The notes: generated from the letters alone by a model not told the origin. A DNA stretch of 64,000 bases from Octopus sinensis (GCF_006345805.1 NC_043005.1:84940001-85004000); one strand, 5' to 3'. Counted from the stretch's first letter, positions 1-12,773 are shown. A program made the numbers and translations.

Positions 1-72
1 GTGTATATATGTATGTATATAGATGTATATATATATATATGTCTCTCTCTCTGTATATATATATTTATCTCT

Positions 73-134
<62 letters not shown>

Positions 135-139
135 GTATG

Positions 140-174
<35 letters not shown>

Positions 175-180
175 ATGTAT
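1..180. repeat. (AT)n/(TATG)n microsatellite
   Basis: Directly visible low-complexity tract; explains ORFs 1..192, 9..215 and 65..268. Confidence 0.95.
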
Positions 181-583
181 CTAATGGAATGAAAGAAAGA
201 ATGATAGAGATGTAAGAACTGATGAAGAATTGTACAAGTATCTTTGTGGTTTGATTTCTTGATTCCAATTCACAAATACAAATTTCTCAATTTTTGTTTT
301 CTACATAAACATTCTCCAAATTCTACTGATATCAATGAAAGAAGGAAACTACCATGCAGCCTCACAATCTGCGAAAATAATAGCCAAATATCACCATGCA
401 CTTAGGATTTGCAGTCTTAACGAAAAGGAAGATAGAGCAGATTGCATGACATAGTCTTATATATGGAATGACTGTGGGATGACAATAATATAAGATGCTA
501 TGAACACAATAATATAAGATACTATGATCGTAATAATATAAGATGTGATCATAGCATCTTATATTATTGTGATCATAGCACCT

Positions 584-929
584 TCATCATCATCATCATC
601 ATCGTTTAACGTCTGCTTTCCATGCAGGCATGGGTCGGACGGTTCAACTGGGGTCTGGGAAACCAGAATGCTGCGCCAGGCCCAGTCTGATCTGGCAGTG
701 TTCCTACAGCTGAATGCCCTTCCTAACACCAACCACTCCGTGAGTGTAGTGGGTGCTTTTTATGTGCCTCTGGCACAAGTGCCAGATGAGGCTAGCAAAT
801 GGCCACGATTGGATGGTGCTTTTTACATGCCACCGGCACGGAGGCCAGACGACGCTGGCAATGGCCACAATCGGATGGTGTTTTTTATGTGCCACCGGCA
901 CGGAGGTCAGTCGGGGCGGCGCTGGCAAC
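584..929 (-). mobile_element. RTE LINE 3'-tail copy
   Basis: Reverse complement of the 63330-63779 tail (cacccactacac..ggagtggttgg..ccatg..gacgttaaac + (gat)n). Confidence 0.9.
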
Positions 930-1049
930 CTTATATTATTATAATAATATAAGATTTTATGATCGTAATAATATAAGAATAAACCATTTTACATGTCTGT
1001 ATTAGCGTATATGTTATGAACTACATAATACTATTGTACAATTTATAAG

Positions 1050-1105
1050 GTAAAGAAGGCTTGCTCATCAGATCAAAGAATATCACGGTTACATCCATTC
1101 ATCAG
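1050..1105 (+). CDS. Candidate exon, unknown protein A (GKEGLLIRSKNITVTSIHQ)
   Basis: Acceptor tttataag|, donor CAG|gtcaat; open frame, phase-compatible with next candidate; no homology recognised. Confidence 0.2.
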
Positions 1106-1259
1106 GTCAATATTTACTTATAAAGGCAGTAAGACATCTGGGAAGTAATTACTCCTAATGAAATAATCTTTAATAATTGGATTTACTGAATTTCAGCTGC
1201 ATAGTACTCTGCATTATATCCTTTTCTTTTGGTTTTGTTTATTAGAATGTGGTTTGTAG

Positions 1260-1284
1260 CCTGATCCATTGAAGGATCTTTTTT
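1260..1284 (+). CDS. Candidate microexon, protein A (PDPLKDLF)
   Basis: Pyrimidine-rich region upstream, ggtttgtag| acceptor, TTT|gtgagt donor. Confidence 0.3.
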
Positions 1285-1442
1285 GTGAGTATCATTGAAT
1301 AAGCTAAATTCATATATTGTACATTAAATATATATTTATGTATGTATGTATGTATGTATGTATGTGTATGTATGTATGTCCGTCTGTCTATCTATCTACC
1401 TATCTATGTATCTATCCCTCTCTCTCTCTCTCTCTCTATCTG

Positions 1443-1491
<49 letters not shown>

Positions 1492-1496
1492 TATAT

Positions 1497-1619
<123 letters not shown>

Positions 1620-1622
1620 TCC

Positions 1623-1848
1623 TCATCATCATCATTGTTTAACGTCTGTTTTCCATGCTAGTATGGGTTGGACGGTTTTACCAGGGTCTGGAAAGCCAGG
1701 AGGCTGCACCAGGCTCCAGTCTAATCTGGCAGTGTTTCTACAGCTGGATGCCCTTCCCAACGCCAACAACTCCGTGAGTGTAGTGGGTGCTTTTTACGAG
1801 TCATCGGAACTGGTGCCAGGGGAGGCTGGTATCGGCCACATTCGGATG
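1623..1848 (-). mobile_element. RTE LINE 3'-tail copy
   Basis: Same tail motif, reverse orientation. Confidence 0.9.
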
Positions 1849-1856
1849 AGAAGAGA

Positions 1857-1909
<53 letters not shown>

Positions 1910-1974
1910 ATAGAAAGATGAAAGATATGTATATAAACTGGAATTTTTAACATTAATAATACAGGTGAGATGAC

Positions 1975-2190
1975 GATGTGGCAGAATCGTTAGCACCTTT
2001 CTCAGAATACTTGGTGGCATTTCGTCCTATCTTTACATCCTGAGTTCAAATTCTGCTGAGGTCGACTTTGCTGTTCATTCTTTCAGAGTTGATAAAATAA
2101 GTACCAGTTAAACACTGGCATCGATGGAATGACTGTAGCCCCTTCCCTGAAATTGCTGGCCTTGTGCCAAAATTCAGAAGCATAGTGTAA
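1975..2190 (+). mobile_element. tRNA-derived SINE, family C (Meta/MESC-like body)
   Basis: ggcagaatcgttagcac..tgagttcaaattctgctgaggtcgactttgc..gataaaataagtaccag. Confidence 0.8.
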
Positions 2191-2239
2191 TGCCTTGAAG
2201 GGTTTCAGTTGAGGATGTTGGTCCCTGTATTTGATCTTT

Positions 2240-2642
2240 TATTCTTTTACTTGTTTCAGTCATTTGACTGTGGCCATGCTGGAGCACTGCCTTTAGTCAA
2301 GCAAATCGACCCCAGGACTTATTCTTTGTAAGCCTAGCACTTATTCTATCAGTCTCTTTAGCTAAACCGCTAAGTTACAGGAATGTAAACACACCAACAT
2401 CGATTGTCAAGCAGTGGTGGAGTGGGGAGCAAAGACAGACACACACTAGCACATGCATGCATGCACACACACAAACACACACACGCACACACACCACACA
2501 CACAAACATGCACACAAACACACACACATGTACAGACACACACACACTCCCCTGCCAGTATATGGAAATGTGCATTTTTGCAACTCTGAGGGTTTTAACT
2601 CTTATTTCTAGCAATATAAGTGCTATATATATATTCATTATT

Positions 2643-2675
<33 letters not shown>

Positions 2676-2812
2676 ATGGGTTTTTACACAGTTTATGTTT
2701 TCCAAAATCACTCACACCTGGTCAAGGTACCACACTGTGGGATTGAACTTGAATGCACATGTTTGCAAAGCAAGTTTGTGAAGAGTACAGTTATGACTCT
2801 GCCTGTTGCATT
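2240..2812 (-). mobile_element. CORE-like tRNA SINE, family B (split by an AC microsatellite)
   Basis: tttcagtcatttgactgtggccatgctggagcac..gaccccaggacttattc; head half at about 2700-2812. Confidence 0.8.
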
Positions 2813-2956
2813 ATTAATAAAATCACGTAACTAAATGCAATAAACAAAATAATTAGTTTTTCCTTTTATGAGGAAAAAGATGGCAGTTAACCAAAATCCT
2901 GCCGTTTTATATGCAATGCCCTCTGCATCTTGTACAACCCAAAGAACTTAACTTAG

Positions 2957-2980
2957 CTTACTGGAAACCTTTGATGCAAG
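2957..2980 (+). CDS. Candidate microexon, protein A (SYWKPLMQ)
   Basis: aacttaacttag| acceptor, AAG|gtgaag donor; 24 nt, phase 1 to 1. Confidence 0.25.
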
Positions 2981-3234
2981 GTGAAGAGACTCTAAATTTC
3001 AAAAGAATAATTAGTTCAAAGAACATCTGAAAGCATTCAAAACCTTACAAAGAATTCGTTTTATAAGGAAAGGGCTTGTTAAGCTACCAATAAAATATAA
3101 TTCTGAAAAATACACTTCTTTTGTTGTTGACATTTTGAAACATTTTCAGATTTTCAATGTAACAATTTAAGTAGAGACTTCAGTTTGAAGCAGCACAATG
3201 TAAACATAGAGTTTCAGTGTGATACCAATCTGTG

Positions 3235-3339
3235 TTAAATGTCAGGGACTCGTGTATCTGAGTGTCTACAAAACTGATGTTCATCCTCATGTGATATGGA
3301 AGCTAATACAGGTTCTTTTTTTACACCTGTAATACTTCT
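3235..3339 (-). CDS. Candidate terminal exon, unknown protein C (RSITGVKKEPV...VPDI*)
   Basis: gttgtacatag| acceptor; 34 codons plus stop; competes with the plus-strand model. Confidence 0.12.
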   Translation of the reverse strand, partial: RSITGVKKEPVLASISHEDEHQFCRHSDTRVPDI

Positions 3340-3637
3340 CTATGTACAACAGCGAACTGGTTGTTCAGCATGGAACATGCATTTTTCATCACCATTAGTA
3401 TTCCATACATGTGTATGTCTGTGTGCATGTGTATATGAACACACACACATGTATGTATATACATATATATAATGAGAAGTAGTAAGGATAAATAAATCGA
3501 GGTAGATATTAATAAAGCTCTGTAATTGAGCGAACTTGGTTGACTACATCAAACAATCAGATAACAATAAATTCAAATAGAATTAAAATCAAAGGTAATT
3601 CCTTGTGTACGATAAAGTAAATCCAAATATCATTTAG

Positions 3638-3702
3638 AAGAATTTCAAGAGATCCAGAGTATACAAGAACATGAACAAAGATGGAAAAAATCATATCTGT
3701 AA
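3638..3702 (+). CDS. Candidate terminal coding exon, protein A (EEFQEIQSIQEHEQRWKKSYL*)
   Basis: atatcatttag| acceptor; protein-like composition; stop TAA at 3700-3702; AATAAA near 4323. Confidence 0.3.
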
Positions 3703-3757
3703 TTGATGATTATGCCATAGACTATCTTTGATCGTTTCTATTATGCCAATATATATT

Positions 3758-4313
3758 CGAGGGTGAGCTAAAAAGTAATGCCATTTTGCATAATTACCAA
3801 CACAGGAACATGTATCATACATCAAAATGAAGCTGGTCCTCTGTGGATCACATCCCTACTTCTCAGCATAGTCACTGTTTCTCTCAATAGCATTATTCCA
3901 ACTTCGAATGAGAACATGTGTCCCTGCCCCATAAAATTCTGTTGACTGTTCTTTGAGCTACTTCTTCACTACAGTTTTCACTTCCTCGTCACTGGAATAA
4001 TATTTGCCTCTCAAACCCTCTTTCATGGGGTCGAAGAGATGATAGTCTGAAGGCGTTAAATTACTCCAGTGATGAGGAAATGAAAACTGTAGTAAAGAAG
4101 TGGCTCAAAGAACAGTCAACAGAATTTTACAGGCAGGGATACATGCTCTGATTCGAAGGTGGAACATTGCTATTGAGAGAAACAGCAATTATGTTGAGGA
4201 GTAGGGATGTGATCCACAGAGGACCAGCTTCATTTTGATGTATGATACATGTTCCTGTGTTGGTAATTATACCTGTCCTAAACAAAATGGCCTAACTTTT
4301 TGACTCACCCTTG
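3758..4313 (+). mobile_element. Internally deleted mariner element with ~110-bp TIRs
   Basis: cgagggtgagctaaaaagt..tttttgactcacccttg|ta; carries transposase C-terminus YSSDEEMKTVVKKWLKEQSTEFY..GIHALIRRWNIAIERNSNYVE. Confidence 0.9.
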
Positions 4314-4614
4314 TAGAAATAGAATAAAAGGTACAAAATACCAGCCAAATGAATTTATCTGAAAATTTATGCTAACATAATGTAATTAAGGAACCCAAAA
4401 TAGGTTAAATTCAATAGTTATATGTAGCAGGTGAAATAATAAGTGCTGAGTTACTCCCCATGTTGTTTTACTCCTTCTTGTTGCTGTGCGTTCTTTGTGT
4501 TATGTCTCTGCTCACCTTTCACTGTATAGGACCTGTGTTTAGGCACAACAGTGGGAGTTTAATGCCATTAACATTAGAAAGGTTTAATTGTTGTGTGTTC
4601 AGTGATTCTAATCA

Positions 4615-4975
4615 TAAACACACACATACACGCCACATACACACACACCACACATACACACAAATGTACAAACACATACACACATCACACACACACACAT
4701 GCAAACACACACAAATACACACACAAACACTCACACACACCACACACACACTCTACACACGCACTCAAACACATGCACACATGCACATACACACAGATAC
4801 AAACACACACACATGAAAACACACACATGCCACACACACACGTCACACACACACAAATGCACACAAAAACACTCACACACACCACACATGCCACACACAC
4901 ACACACTACACACACACACACACAAACACATGCACACACACATACACAACACAAATACACACACACACCTCCCCC
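4615..4975. repeat. Degenerate (CA)n tract
   Basis: Visible; explains the His/Thr and Cys/Val ORFs. Confidence 0.95.
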
Positions 4976-5439
4976 ACACTATTTATTAGAGCTGAAAAAT
5001 CTTCACAAACTATTACTCTTTCAGTTTTCAGCTTTAATGAAATGGAATTATGCTCTGCCTTTGGTATTTGAGAACTATTTTTTCACCTTGGTCATCAGTT
5101 ACAGGCTTACTTGTGTGTAAATGTATGTATGTATATACACATATGCATATGTGTGCGTGTATGCACACACGTGTATGTATATACAAAATTGTCATTATTG
5201 TTTAATGTGCGCTTTTCCATGCTCACATGATTTGGATGAAATTTCTTGAGGCAGATTTTCCAAGGCTGGACGCCCTTCTCGTCATCAACTTTCACTTTAT
5301 CTCGAGTAAGATAACATTTCCTTATGTTTCCACAAATGATTGGGAGATGCAGCACACTTCTTGTACGACACAGATGCTCATTTACAACCACCACACTTTG
5401 TTAAGATAGGGAGATACCAACATATACAATCACACACCC

Positions 5440-5585
5440 ACAAACGTATATATGCAGTTTCCAGCCATCAAATCCACTCACAAGGATTTCATTGGCTCAG
5501 GGTTCTGGTAGAAGACACTTACTCACTGTTCCATGCAGTGGGATTGAACTTGAAACCATGTGGCTGGAAAGTAAACTTCCCAACT
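5440..5585 (-). mobile_element. CORE-like SINE family B, 5' half
   Basis: aaatccactcacaagg..agaagacactt..gtgggattgaac. Confidence 0.75.
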
Positions 5586-5695
5586 ACAAGGCTTTACCTG
5601 AAACATACCATGATCTAACAGATGTAAAAACTTTTAATCTGGCATTGATGATCTTTACAGTCATAACAATATTCCAGTGATCTTTGTCCACTTAC

Positions 5696-5726
5696 TGCAA
5701 AGTGCATCACTGACTCAATATCATTA
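5696..5726 (-). CDS. Candidate microexon, protein C (NDIESVMHFA)
   Basis: gcttgaatag| acceptor, GCA|gtaagt donor. Confidence 0.15.
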
Positions 5727-5769
5727 CTATTCAAGCATATTAATGATGGAACCAAAATACTTTGAAATA

Positions 5770-5995
5770 TTAATGGACTAATGAATCAAGTTGACCATCC
5801 AGAAGAATTGCAGGAGATTCCAAAGTTGTCTGAAGACCATATTTGAAGCCAATGGCGATTTTATTGAATAAATTTACTCTTTAGTATTTTAAGATATTTT
5901 TATGTAATTTTGGTAAATATATCTGTTAAAATGAGATGTTAGGGTTATTTTCAGTTTGCGTGATTTAAATGACAATTTATTCACTGTACCCTGTA
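5770..5995 (+). mobile_element. Tc1/mariner (maT-like) right end
   Basis: Homologous (inverted) to 18682-18890; ends ttattcactgtaccctg|ta. Confidence 0.75.
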
Positions 5996-6094
5996 TATAT
6001 ATATACATATATCATGTGCTCTCATACACACATATGCATTCTATGTGTACATGTTTATAAACGTTTATTTAATACACACACACGCACATATATA

Positions 6095-6444
6095 TTCACA
6101 TACCTATATATATTATGCACTGACTTACATTGACACACATAAATACACACATTGACATGCACTCAAAGATATACACAAACATATACAAACATGTATAGGT
6201 GCATAGGTGTGTATATATATACATAAAAATAATATATATATATCTGTGTATATATATATAATGTATATATAAATACATTTGTATATATATATATATAATA
6301 TATATATATATATTATATATATATATATATATACATATATATAATGTATATATATGCATATATATATTGTATGTATATATACATATATATAATGTATATA
6401 TATGCATATGTATACATGTATATATTATATGTATGTATATATAT

Positions 6445-6523
<79 letters not shown>

Positions 6524-6650
6524 GTACATGCACTATGCAAACATATAACATACATATATGCATGCATATATATTACTATATGTATGCATGCATATGTGTG
6601 TCTGTATATGAGAGTTTATGTATACACACACACACATATATATGCATATA
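6095..6650. repeat. (AT)n-rich low-complexity tract
   Basis: Visible. Confidence 0.95.
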
Positions 6651-6927
6651 TTAGTAGAACCGTAGGAAACAGCAACAGCAATCATACCTTCAATTGCTAC
6701 TAATATATTTCATAGTTCCGAGCAATAAGAAAAATAAAAACCCAAAAAACAAAAGAAACCCAAAAAAGAAAAATGAATGCTGCTCCATTTTTTGAATGAA
6801 ATACGCAAAATTTAATCAAATTGTATTAAATTATTTTTGAGGTTTTCTTCTCTAACTCAATTATTCTAAGAGCAATGGAAATCATGTCGGGGGGGAAAAA
6901 AACCAAACAAAATTTAATAAATACATA

Positions 6928-6928
6928 A

Positions 6929-6981
<53 letters not shown>

Positions 6982-7058
6982 CATTATTGCTGCTGCTACT
7001 ACTACTACTACTACTAGTATAACTACTACTACTACTACTACTACTATTGCTACTGCTG

Positions 7059-7107
<49 letters not shown>

Positions 7108-7205
7108 CACCACCACCACTACTACTACTACTACTACCACCACCACCACACACCACCACCACCACCACTACTACTACTACTACCACCACCACCACCACCA
7201 CCACC

Positions 7206-7245
<40 letters not shown>

Positions 7246-7328
7246 TACTACTACCACCACCACCACCACCACCACCACCACCACTACTACTACTACCACC
7301 ACCACCACCACCACCACCACCACCACCA

Positions 7329-7372
<44 letters not shown>

Positions 7373-7420
7373 TAGCAAAAACAACAATGACAATGACAAT
7401 AACAATAATAATAATAATAA
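6928..7420. repeat. Mosaic (TAC)n/(CAC)n/(AAT)n trinucleotide array
   Basis: Visible; explains the poly-V/S/L/T/P ORFs. Confidence 0.95.
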
Positions 7421-7431
7421 TAATAATAAAA

Positions 7432-7648
7432 ATGGTTTCAAATTTTGTCACAGGGGCAGAAACTTTGGGGAAAGGGATGAGTCAATAACATTGACCCCCA
7501 GTATTCAACTGGTACTTATTTTATTGACCCTGAAAGGATGAAAGGTAAAGTGGACCTCGGTGGGATGTGGACCCAGAATATAATGATGGAGGAAATGTTG
7601 CTAAGCATTTTGCCTGGTATTGCTAATAATTCTGCCAGCCTTACCATC
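7432..7648 (-). mobile_element. SINE family C
   Basis: ctggtacttattttattgaccctgaaaggatgaaaggtaaagtggacctcgg. Confidence 0.8.
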
Positions 7649-7654
7649 CTAATA

Positions 7655-8045
7655 ATAATAATGATGATGATGATGATGATGATGACGACGACGATGACGA
7701 TGATGACGAGGATGATGATGGTGATAATGATGATGATAATGGTGATGATGGTGATGATGATGGTGAAGATGATGATAATGATGATGACAATGACAATGAC
7801 GACGACGATGATGATGACGGTGATGATGATGATAATGGTGATGATTATGATGATAATGATGATGATGATGATGACGATGACTATGACGACGACGATGATG
7901 ATAATGATAATGATGATGATGATGGTGATGATGATGATGATGGTGATGATTATGATGATAATGATGATGATGATGATGATGATGATGACGACTATGACAA
8001 CGATGATGATGATAATGGTGATGATTATGATGATGATGATGATGA
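7655..8045. repeat. (GAT/GAC/GGT)n array
   Basis: Visible; explains the poly-M/I ORFs. Confidence 0.95.
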
Positions 8046-8104
8046 TAGAATTATTATAAGGAATTAGAAATACAAAGGAACCAGGTAGAAAGTGAAGAAC
8101 GTAC

Positions 8105-8151
8105 CTTGAATATTTTTTCTCCTCATCGCACTCCGTTTTTTTTTTGTCCCT
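8105..8151 (-). CDS. Candidate exon, protein C (RDKKKTECDEEKKYS)
   Basis: ggatttgcag| acceptor, AAG|gtacgt donor. Confidence 0.18.
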
Positions 8152-8285
8152 CTGCAAATCCCCACAAAATACTCACACATATATACCTATGCTTCTATGC
8201 ACTCACACATACACACAGACACAGACATACACACACACACTCATGTACACATACACACATACATATATATACATAGACACATCTC

Positions 8286-8719
8286 AGCATGATTGTTGCC
8301 AGGGTCAGGGGTTGGCTCTTGAGTCGATGGCAGGTAAAAAGCACCATTTGAGCCTAATCATTACCAGCGTCGCATAACCAGCACATGTGCCGGTGACACC
8401 TAATAACCAACATTCGGGCACGGTCGTTGCCAGTGTTGCTGGACTAACTCCTATGCAGGTGGCATGTAAAAAGCACCATTTGAGGTGGTCATTGCCAAAA
8501 CCACCTGACTGGACCCCATGTTGGTGGCATGTAAAAGCACCCACTACACTCTCGGAGTGGTTGGTATTAGGAAGGGCATCCAACTGTAGAAACTCTGCCA
8601 GATCAGATTGGAGCCTGGTGCAGCCTCCTGGCTCACCAGTCCTCAGTCAAACTGTCCAACCCATGCCAGCATGGAAAGTGGACGTTAAACGACGGTGACG
8701 ATGATGATGATGATGATGA
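8286..8719 (+). mobile_element. RTE LINE 3'-tail copy
   Basis: aaaagcacccactacactctcggagtggttgg..gacgttaaac + (gat)n. Confidence 0.9.
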
Positions 8720-9293
8720 TACACATAGAGATGTATAAATGCATGTTATAATTTTTAATGATATACATTCAAGTGTGTACGTAAGTGTATGTAGAGGGAA
8801 AAAAAAAAAAATTTGGCTGTCAGTATGTATGTGTGTGTCTATCTATATGTATGTGTATGTGTGTATTCATGATTATACAAGGTATGTGATTAACTATATT
8901 CACGCACATACATTAATGAACAGTAACATTCAACATATGTTCATATAGATACATACACATATGTTCATATATATGTTTATATATGTGTGTGGATGTGTTT
9001 GTCTATATATGCAAATGGATGTGTGTATTCATATCTAAATATTCATATACCTATGTGTGTGCACATATGCTTATACACACACGCACTCACACACACATCC
9101 AGAGAGACATGCATACAGACATACAATGGTATGTATGCATACATACATACATATATATAAGAATATTTATTACAAGTAATTCGAATTATGACTGTGACTA
9201 ATAAATATAATTCTCTACTTTTCTGTCTGTCTTGTATGTATATATGTATATATATATATATAGGTGTATGTGAGTGTTTGCATATATATATAT

Positions 9294-9325
<32 letters not shown>

Positions 9326-9368
9326 GATGTATGTGAGTGTTTGCATATATATATATATATATGCATAC

Positions 9369-9426
<58 letters not shown>

Positions 9427-9580
9427 GGTGTATGTGAGTGTTTGCATATATATATAATATATATATATATATATACATAAATATATATATGGTTGTATTC
9501 ATAGCTTTTGTCTATAGTATTACATGTTTACATATGTTTTGCAAAAATTGTAGCAGATATACCATATATCATATCTCATA

Positions 9581-9616
<36 letters not shown>

Positions 9617-10004
9617 TGTATGTATGTATGTATGTATGTATGTATGTATGTATGTATGTATGTATGTATTATGTATGTATGTATGTGTATAACATGTTTA
9701 TGTACAGAGTTGTTGAAATATATTGAAATATAAATTCATATGAAGTTATAATTGTGTCTGATGGAAAATGTATGAGTTTAGGTTTTTGTATGCCCTTGTG
9801 ACTTTGTCAATATAGAAAAATGAGGAATAAAAGTTAACAGTTAAATTCACAGAACAAGAAAAAAACAAAAAAACAAACGAAAAATGGAAAAGACATAATA
9901 AAAACAAATTAAAGAGAATTGTACAAAAAAACTAAAAAATACATATATATATATATATATATATATCCATATATCTAATGTAAATTCATAAAATATCATA
10001 TTAC

Positions 10005-10058
10005 GTGAAGCAATAATTTTCTGAACTGCCGCCGTCTCTTGCAGACTTCTGTTCTCTG
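10005..10058 (-). CDS. Candidate exon, protein C (QRTEVCKRRRQFRKLLLH)
   Basis: tttgtcgcaatag| acceptor, CAC|gtaata donor; phase 0 to 0. Confidence 0.12.
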
Positions 10059-10181
10059 CTATTGCGACAAACATGTCGAAATTTGTGATATATGTTTTGT
10101 TGTGATGTTGCTTTGTAAAGTTGATGTACCTCTTGAAGTTCTTTTGAAGTGTATTTCACATGAGCTTTGTTCTTTTAATAG

Positions 10182-10227
10182 GTGGTTGCACGCAGTGCTT
10201 CCAGAGTGGTTTGTAATGAAGAACGAA
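10182..10227 (+). CDS. Candidate exon, unknown protein B (VVARSASRVVCNEER; alternative frame WLHAVLPEWFVMKNE)
   Basis: Strong acceptor tttgttcttttaatag| and donor GAA|gtaaga in non-repeat sequence. Confidence 0.35.
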
Positions 10228-10544
10228 GTAAGAGACCCATATCTCTGTTTATTTTTGTCAATATAAAATAAAAAAGATCATAAATTAGCTAAAGATGACT
10301 TAATATACTGTGGCTGTAAACAAATTTATTTTTGTTTATTAATTAGAATTGTGCCCATGGTGAGGAGAACGAAGTGTCAGTGTGAGTGAGTAACGGTTGT
10401 CAATAAATGTAAGGGAGATAATTTTGGGTGTGTTTTACTTTTATTAGAACTTTACAGCAAGGAATAGTCATATTAAAGCTAGTAGTTACCAAAACCTATG
10501 GTTAGTGGGAAACAGAAAGGTTTTTCAGTGGATTATGATTAACT

Positions 10545-10975
10545 AACATCATCATCATCATCATCATTACCATTGTCACCATTGCTGATGTCATTGTTGT
10601 CGTTGTTATCTTCGCTGTCATCATCATTGTTGTCATTGTCGTTGTCATCATAGCTGTTGTCATTATTGTTGTCATCATTGTCGTTGTTGTCATTGCCATC
10701 ATTGTTGTCGTAATCATTGCCGTTGTTGTAGTTGTTGTCATTATTGTTGTTGTTATCATCGTTGTCATCGTCATCGTCGTCCTTGTCGTTGTCATCATTG
10801 TTGGCATTGCCGTCATTTTTGTCATCATCGTTGCTGTCATTGTAGTTTTTGTCATTATTGTTGTTGTTATCATCGTTGTCATCGTCATCGTCGTCCTTGT
10901 CGTTGTCATCATTGTTGGCATCGTCGTCGTCATCGTCATCGTCATCATCATTATCATCATCATCATCACTATCAT
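10545..10975. repeat. (CAT/CGT/TGT)n cryptic trinucleotide array with internal ~113-bp duplication
   Basis: Visible; 10741-10807 recurs at about 10854-10921. Confidence 0.9.
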
Positions 10976-11140
10976 TCATCTTCCAAGCTGGCATGTGCTA
11001 GATGGTTTGACAAGAACTGGCAAACCAGAAGACTTTACCAAGCTCTGGTGCCTGTCTTGGCATTGTTTCTATGGGTGGATACTCGTTCTAATGCCAATCA
11101 CTCTTTACAGAGTGTCCTGGGTGCTTTTTACCTGGCATCA
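10975..11140 (-). mobile_element. Degenerate RTE 3'-tail copy
   Basis: ttccaagctggcatg..gggtgctttttac. Confidence 0.7.
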
Positions 11141-11345
11141 CCTTATTTCATTTCTTTCCAGCCTCCTCAACTCTTCTGCATCCAAGGCCCATATCTTGCT
11201 GCCATACAACATTGCAATTCAAACACAATCACCAGAGAATCGACCTTTCAATCTGTTATATTGCTTGAATTTAATTCTATGTTCTGACTAAGTACCAAAC
11301 TAAGTTTAGTGACTCTGCTTTATTTCGTGCATTCCCCTTGTGTCC

Positions 11346-11820
11346 TTTTAAACCTTTCATTACCAACCCGGCTGAAACCGGCTCTGGCTCTGAGTACAAA
11401 TGTCTTGTTTTCATAAGTTTTGAATTAAAATCTTCCACCAAACCTTAGTCACAATTTATGTTCCTAACACTAGCTGAATGATGACTAAGTTATTTTACTA
11501 AATTCTTTGTTATATTTAAAGTAATTGAAAGAAACACAGAGTATCTCAACAGAAATATGGTAACAAAAGGGTTTAAGTCACCATGATATGTTTAAACCTT
11601 TTGATACCAACCCTGCTGAAACCAGCTTTGGCTCTGTCAAACAAATGTTTTGTTTTCATAAGTTTTGAATTAAAATCTTCCACTAAACCTTAGTCACAAT
11701 TCATGTTCCTAATACTAGCTGAATGATAACTAAGTTATTTTACTAAATTCTTTGTTATATTTAAAGTAATTGAAAGAAACACAGAGCATCTCAAAATAAA
11801 TGCAGTAACGAAAGAGTTAA
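11346..11820 (+). mobile_element. piggyBac-like MITE, tandem dimer
   Basis: Two ~230-bp units, each bounded by degenerate TTAACCCTTT..AAAGGGTTAA, joined by gtcaccatgatat. Confidence 0.75.
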
Positions 11821-12039
11821 AGTGAACTTTTGACTACTTTCTAATTTGCATATTGGTTTGTTTCATAAGTGGCGTGATACCTTTTGCACATGGATCTTTA
11901 GGTTCTGCTTCTATTTTTTAATCAGCGTGCATTTTTGAGTATATATTGTGTTGTATTTGCTCACATATTCACTCCATTATTGGCTTGTATTCAAGTAATG
12001 TAATCCAAGTTAATAATTCTGTATTAAAACATAACACAA

Positions 12040-12470
12040 TCTAAAGGAAAATATCTTTGTTGCCAACAGCAGTTGTAATTCTCTGAACTTTGTCCAACCC
12101 ATTCCTACGGTAGCTACTATTTTTTCAGGACAACCACTTCTTTTGCTAATTGCATCTCCTAGGTAACAAAAGGCATCAACTATTTTCAGTGCATCATCAA
12201 AAAAATCCCAAAGAGTCTGTTTCTGCTGCACTCATAGTATGCACTGCCCCAGAGCATCTATCACATATGAAGCATACATTCTCTGCCAGTCTGCTTGTGA
12301 TTCTGCTACATTGCTAGTGTGTCCATAGCTTTACATTGGGCACAGCGTATGGAGCTTATACCCGCTCCTTTTCTGCATGTTGAACACTTTCATTTCCCTG
12401 AAAGCATCAGGGTCCTGTCTTCTTTCTCACTAAAACCTTCATCTTTGCTAAGACCTCTGGATTCTAGGTT
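12040..12470 (-). pseudogene. Decayed RTE reverse-transcriptase fragment (PHD-like region)
   Basis: Translates with stops to LESRGL..CSTCRKGAGISSIRCAQCK..DAFCYLGD; collinear with 61190-61620. Confidence 0.75.
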
Positions 12471-12506
12471 ATTATATTATTGTATGTAAGTAATATTCTT
12501 CTTTAG

Positions 12507-12539
12507 AGAATGACTGCTCTGCTTGTAGAGAGCGACATG
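12507..12539 (+). CDS. Candidate microexon, protein B (KNDCSACRERH)
   Basis: Strong acceptor atattcttctttag| and donor ATG|gtatga; 33 nt. Confidence 0.35.
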
Positions 12540-12728
12540 GTATGATCTCGTAGTATATCACAATATATATATATATATATGTATGAAGCAACCAACAGCC
12601 CCTAACGCAAAGACAGTCCTTTTATATATCCATTCAAACAGATATTTAACATTGTCTAAATATTCATCACTCTTGGTCAAGACTCTGTGAGTGGAGGAAA
12701 AAATGGTACTTTCCAAATACAAAACCAG

Positions 12729-12773
12729 GAATCATAACCAGATTACAGAACTTAGCTCAAAGGAAGCTTAGAA
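12729..12773 (+). CDS. Candidate exon, protein B (GIITRLQNLAQRKLR)
   Basis: aaaaccag| acceptor (weak), GAA|gtaaga donor; phase 1 to 1. Confidence 0.25.

Noticed and set aside
218-260. CTGATGA near 219
   Set aside because: No helix II or GAAA follows
6826-8157. Long ORFs of 100-213 aa (poly-V, S, L/P/T, I, M)
   Set aside because: Translations of trinucleotide microsatellites, open in several frames on both strands
10502-10994. Asp/Asn-rich and Met/Thr-rich ORFs resembling biomineral proteins
   Set aside because: Cryptic trinucleotide array abutting an RTE (GAT)n tail; no signal peptide or splice context
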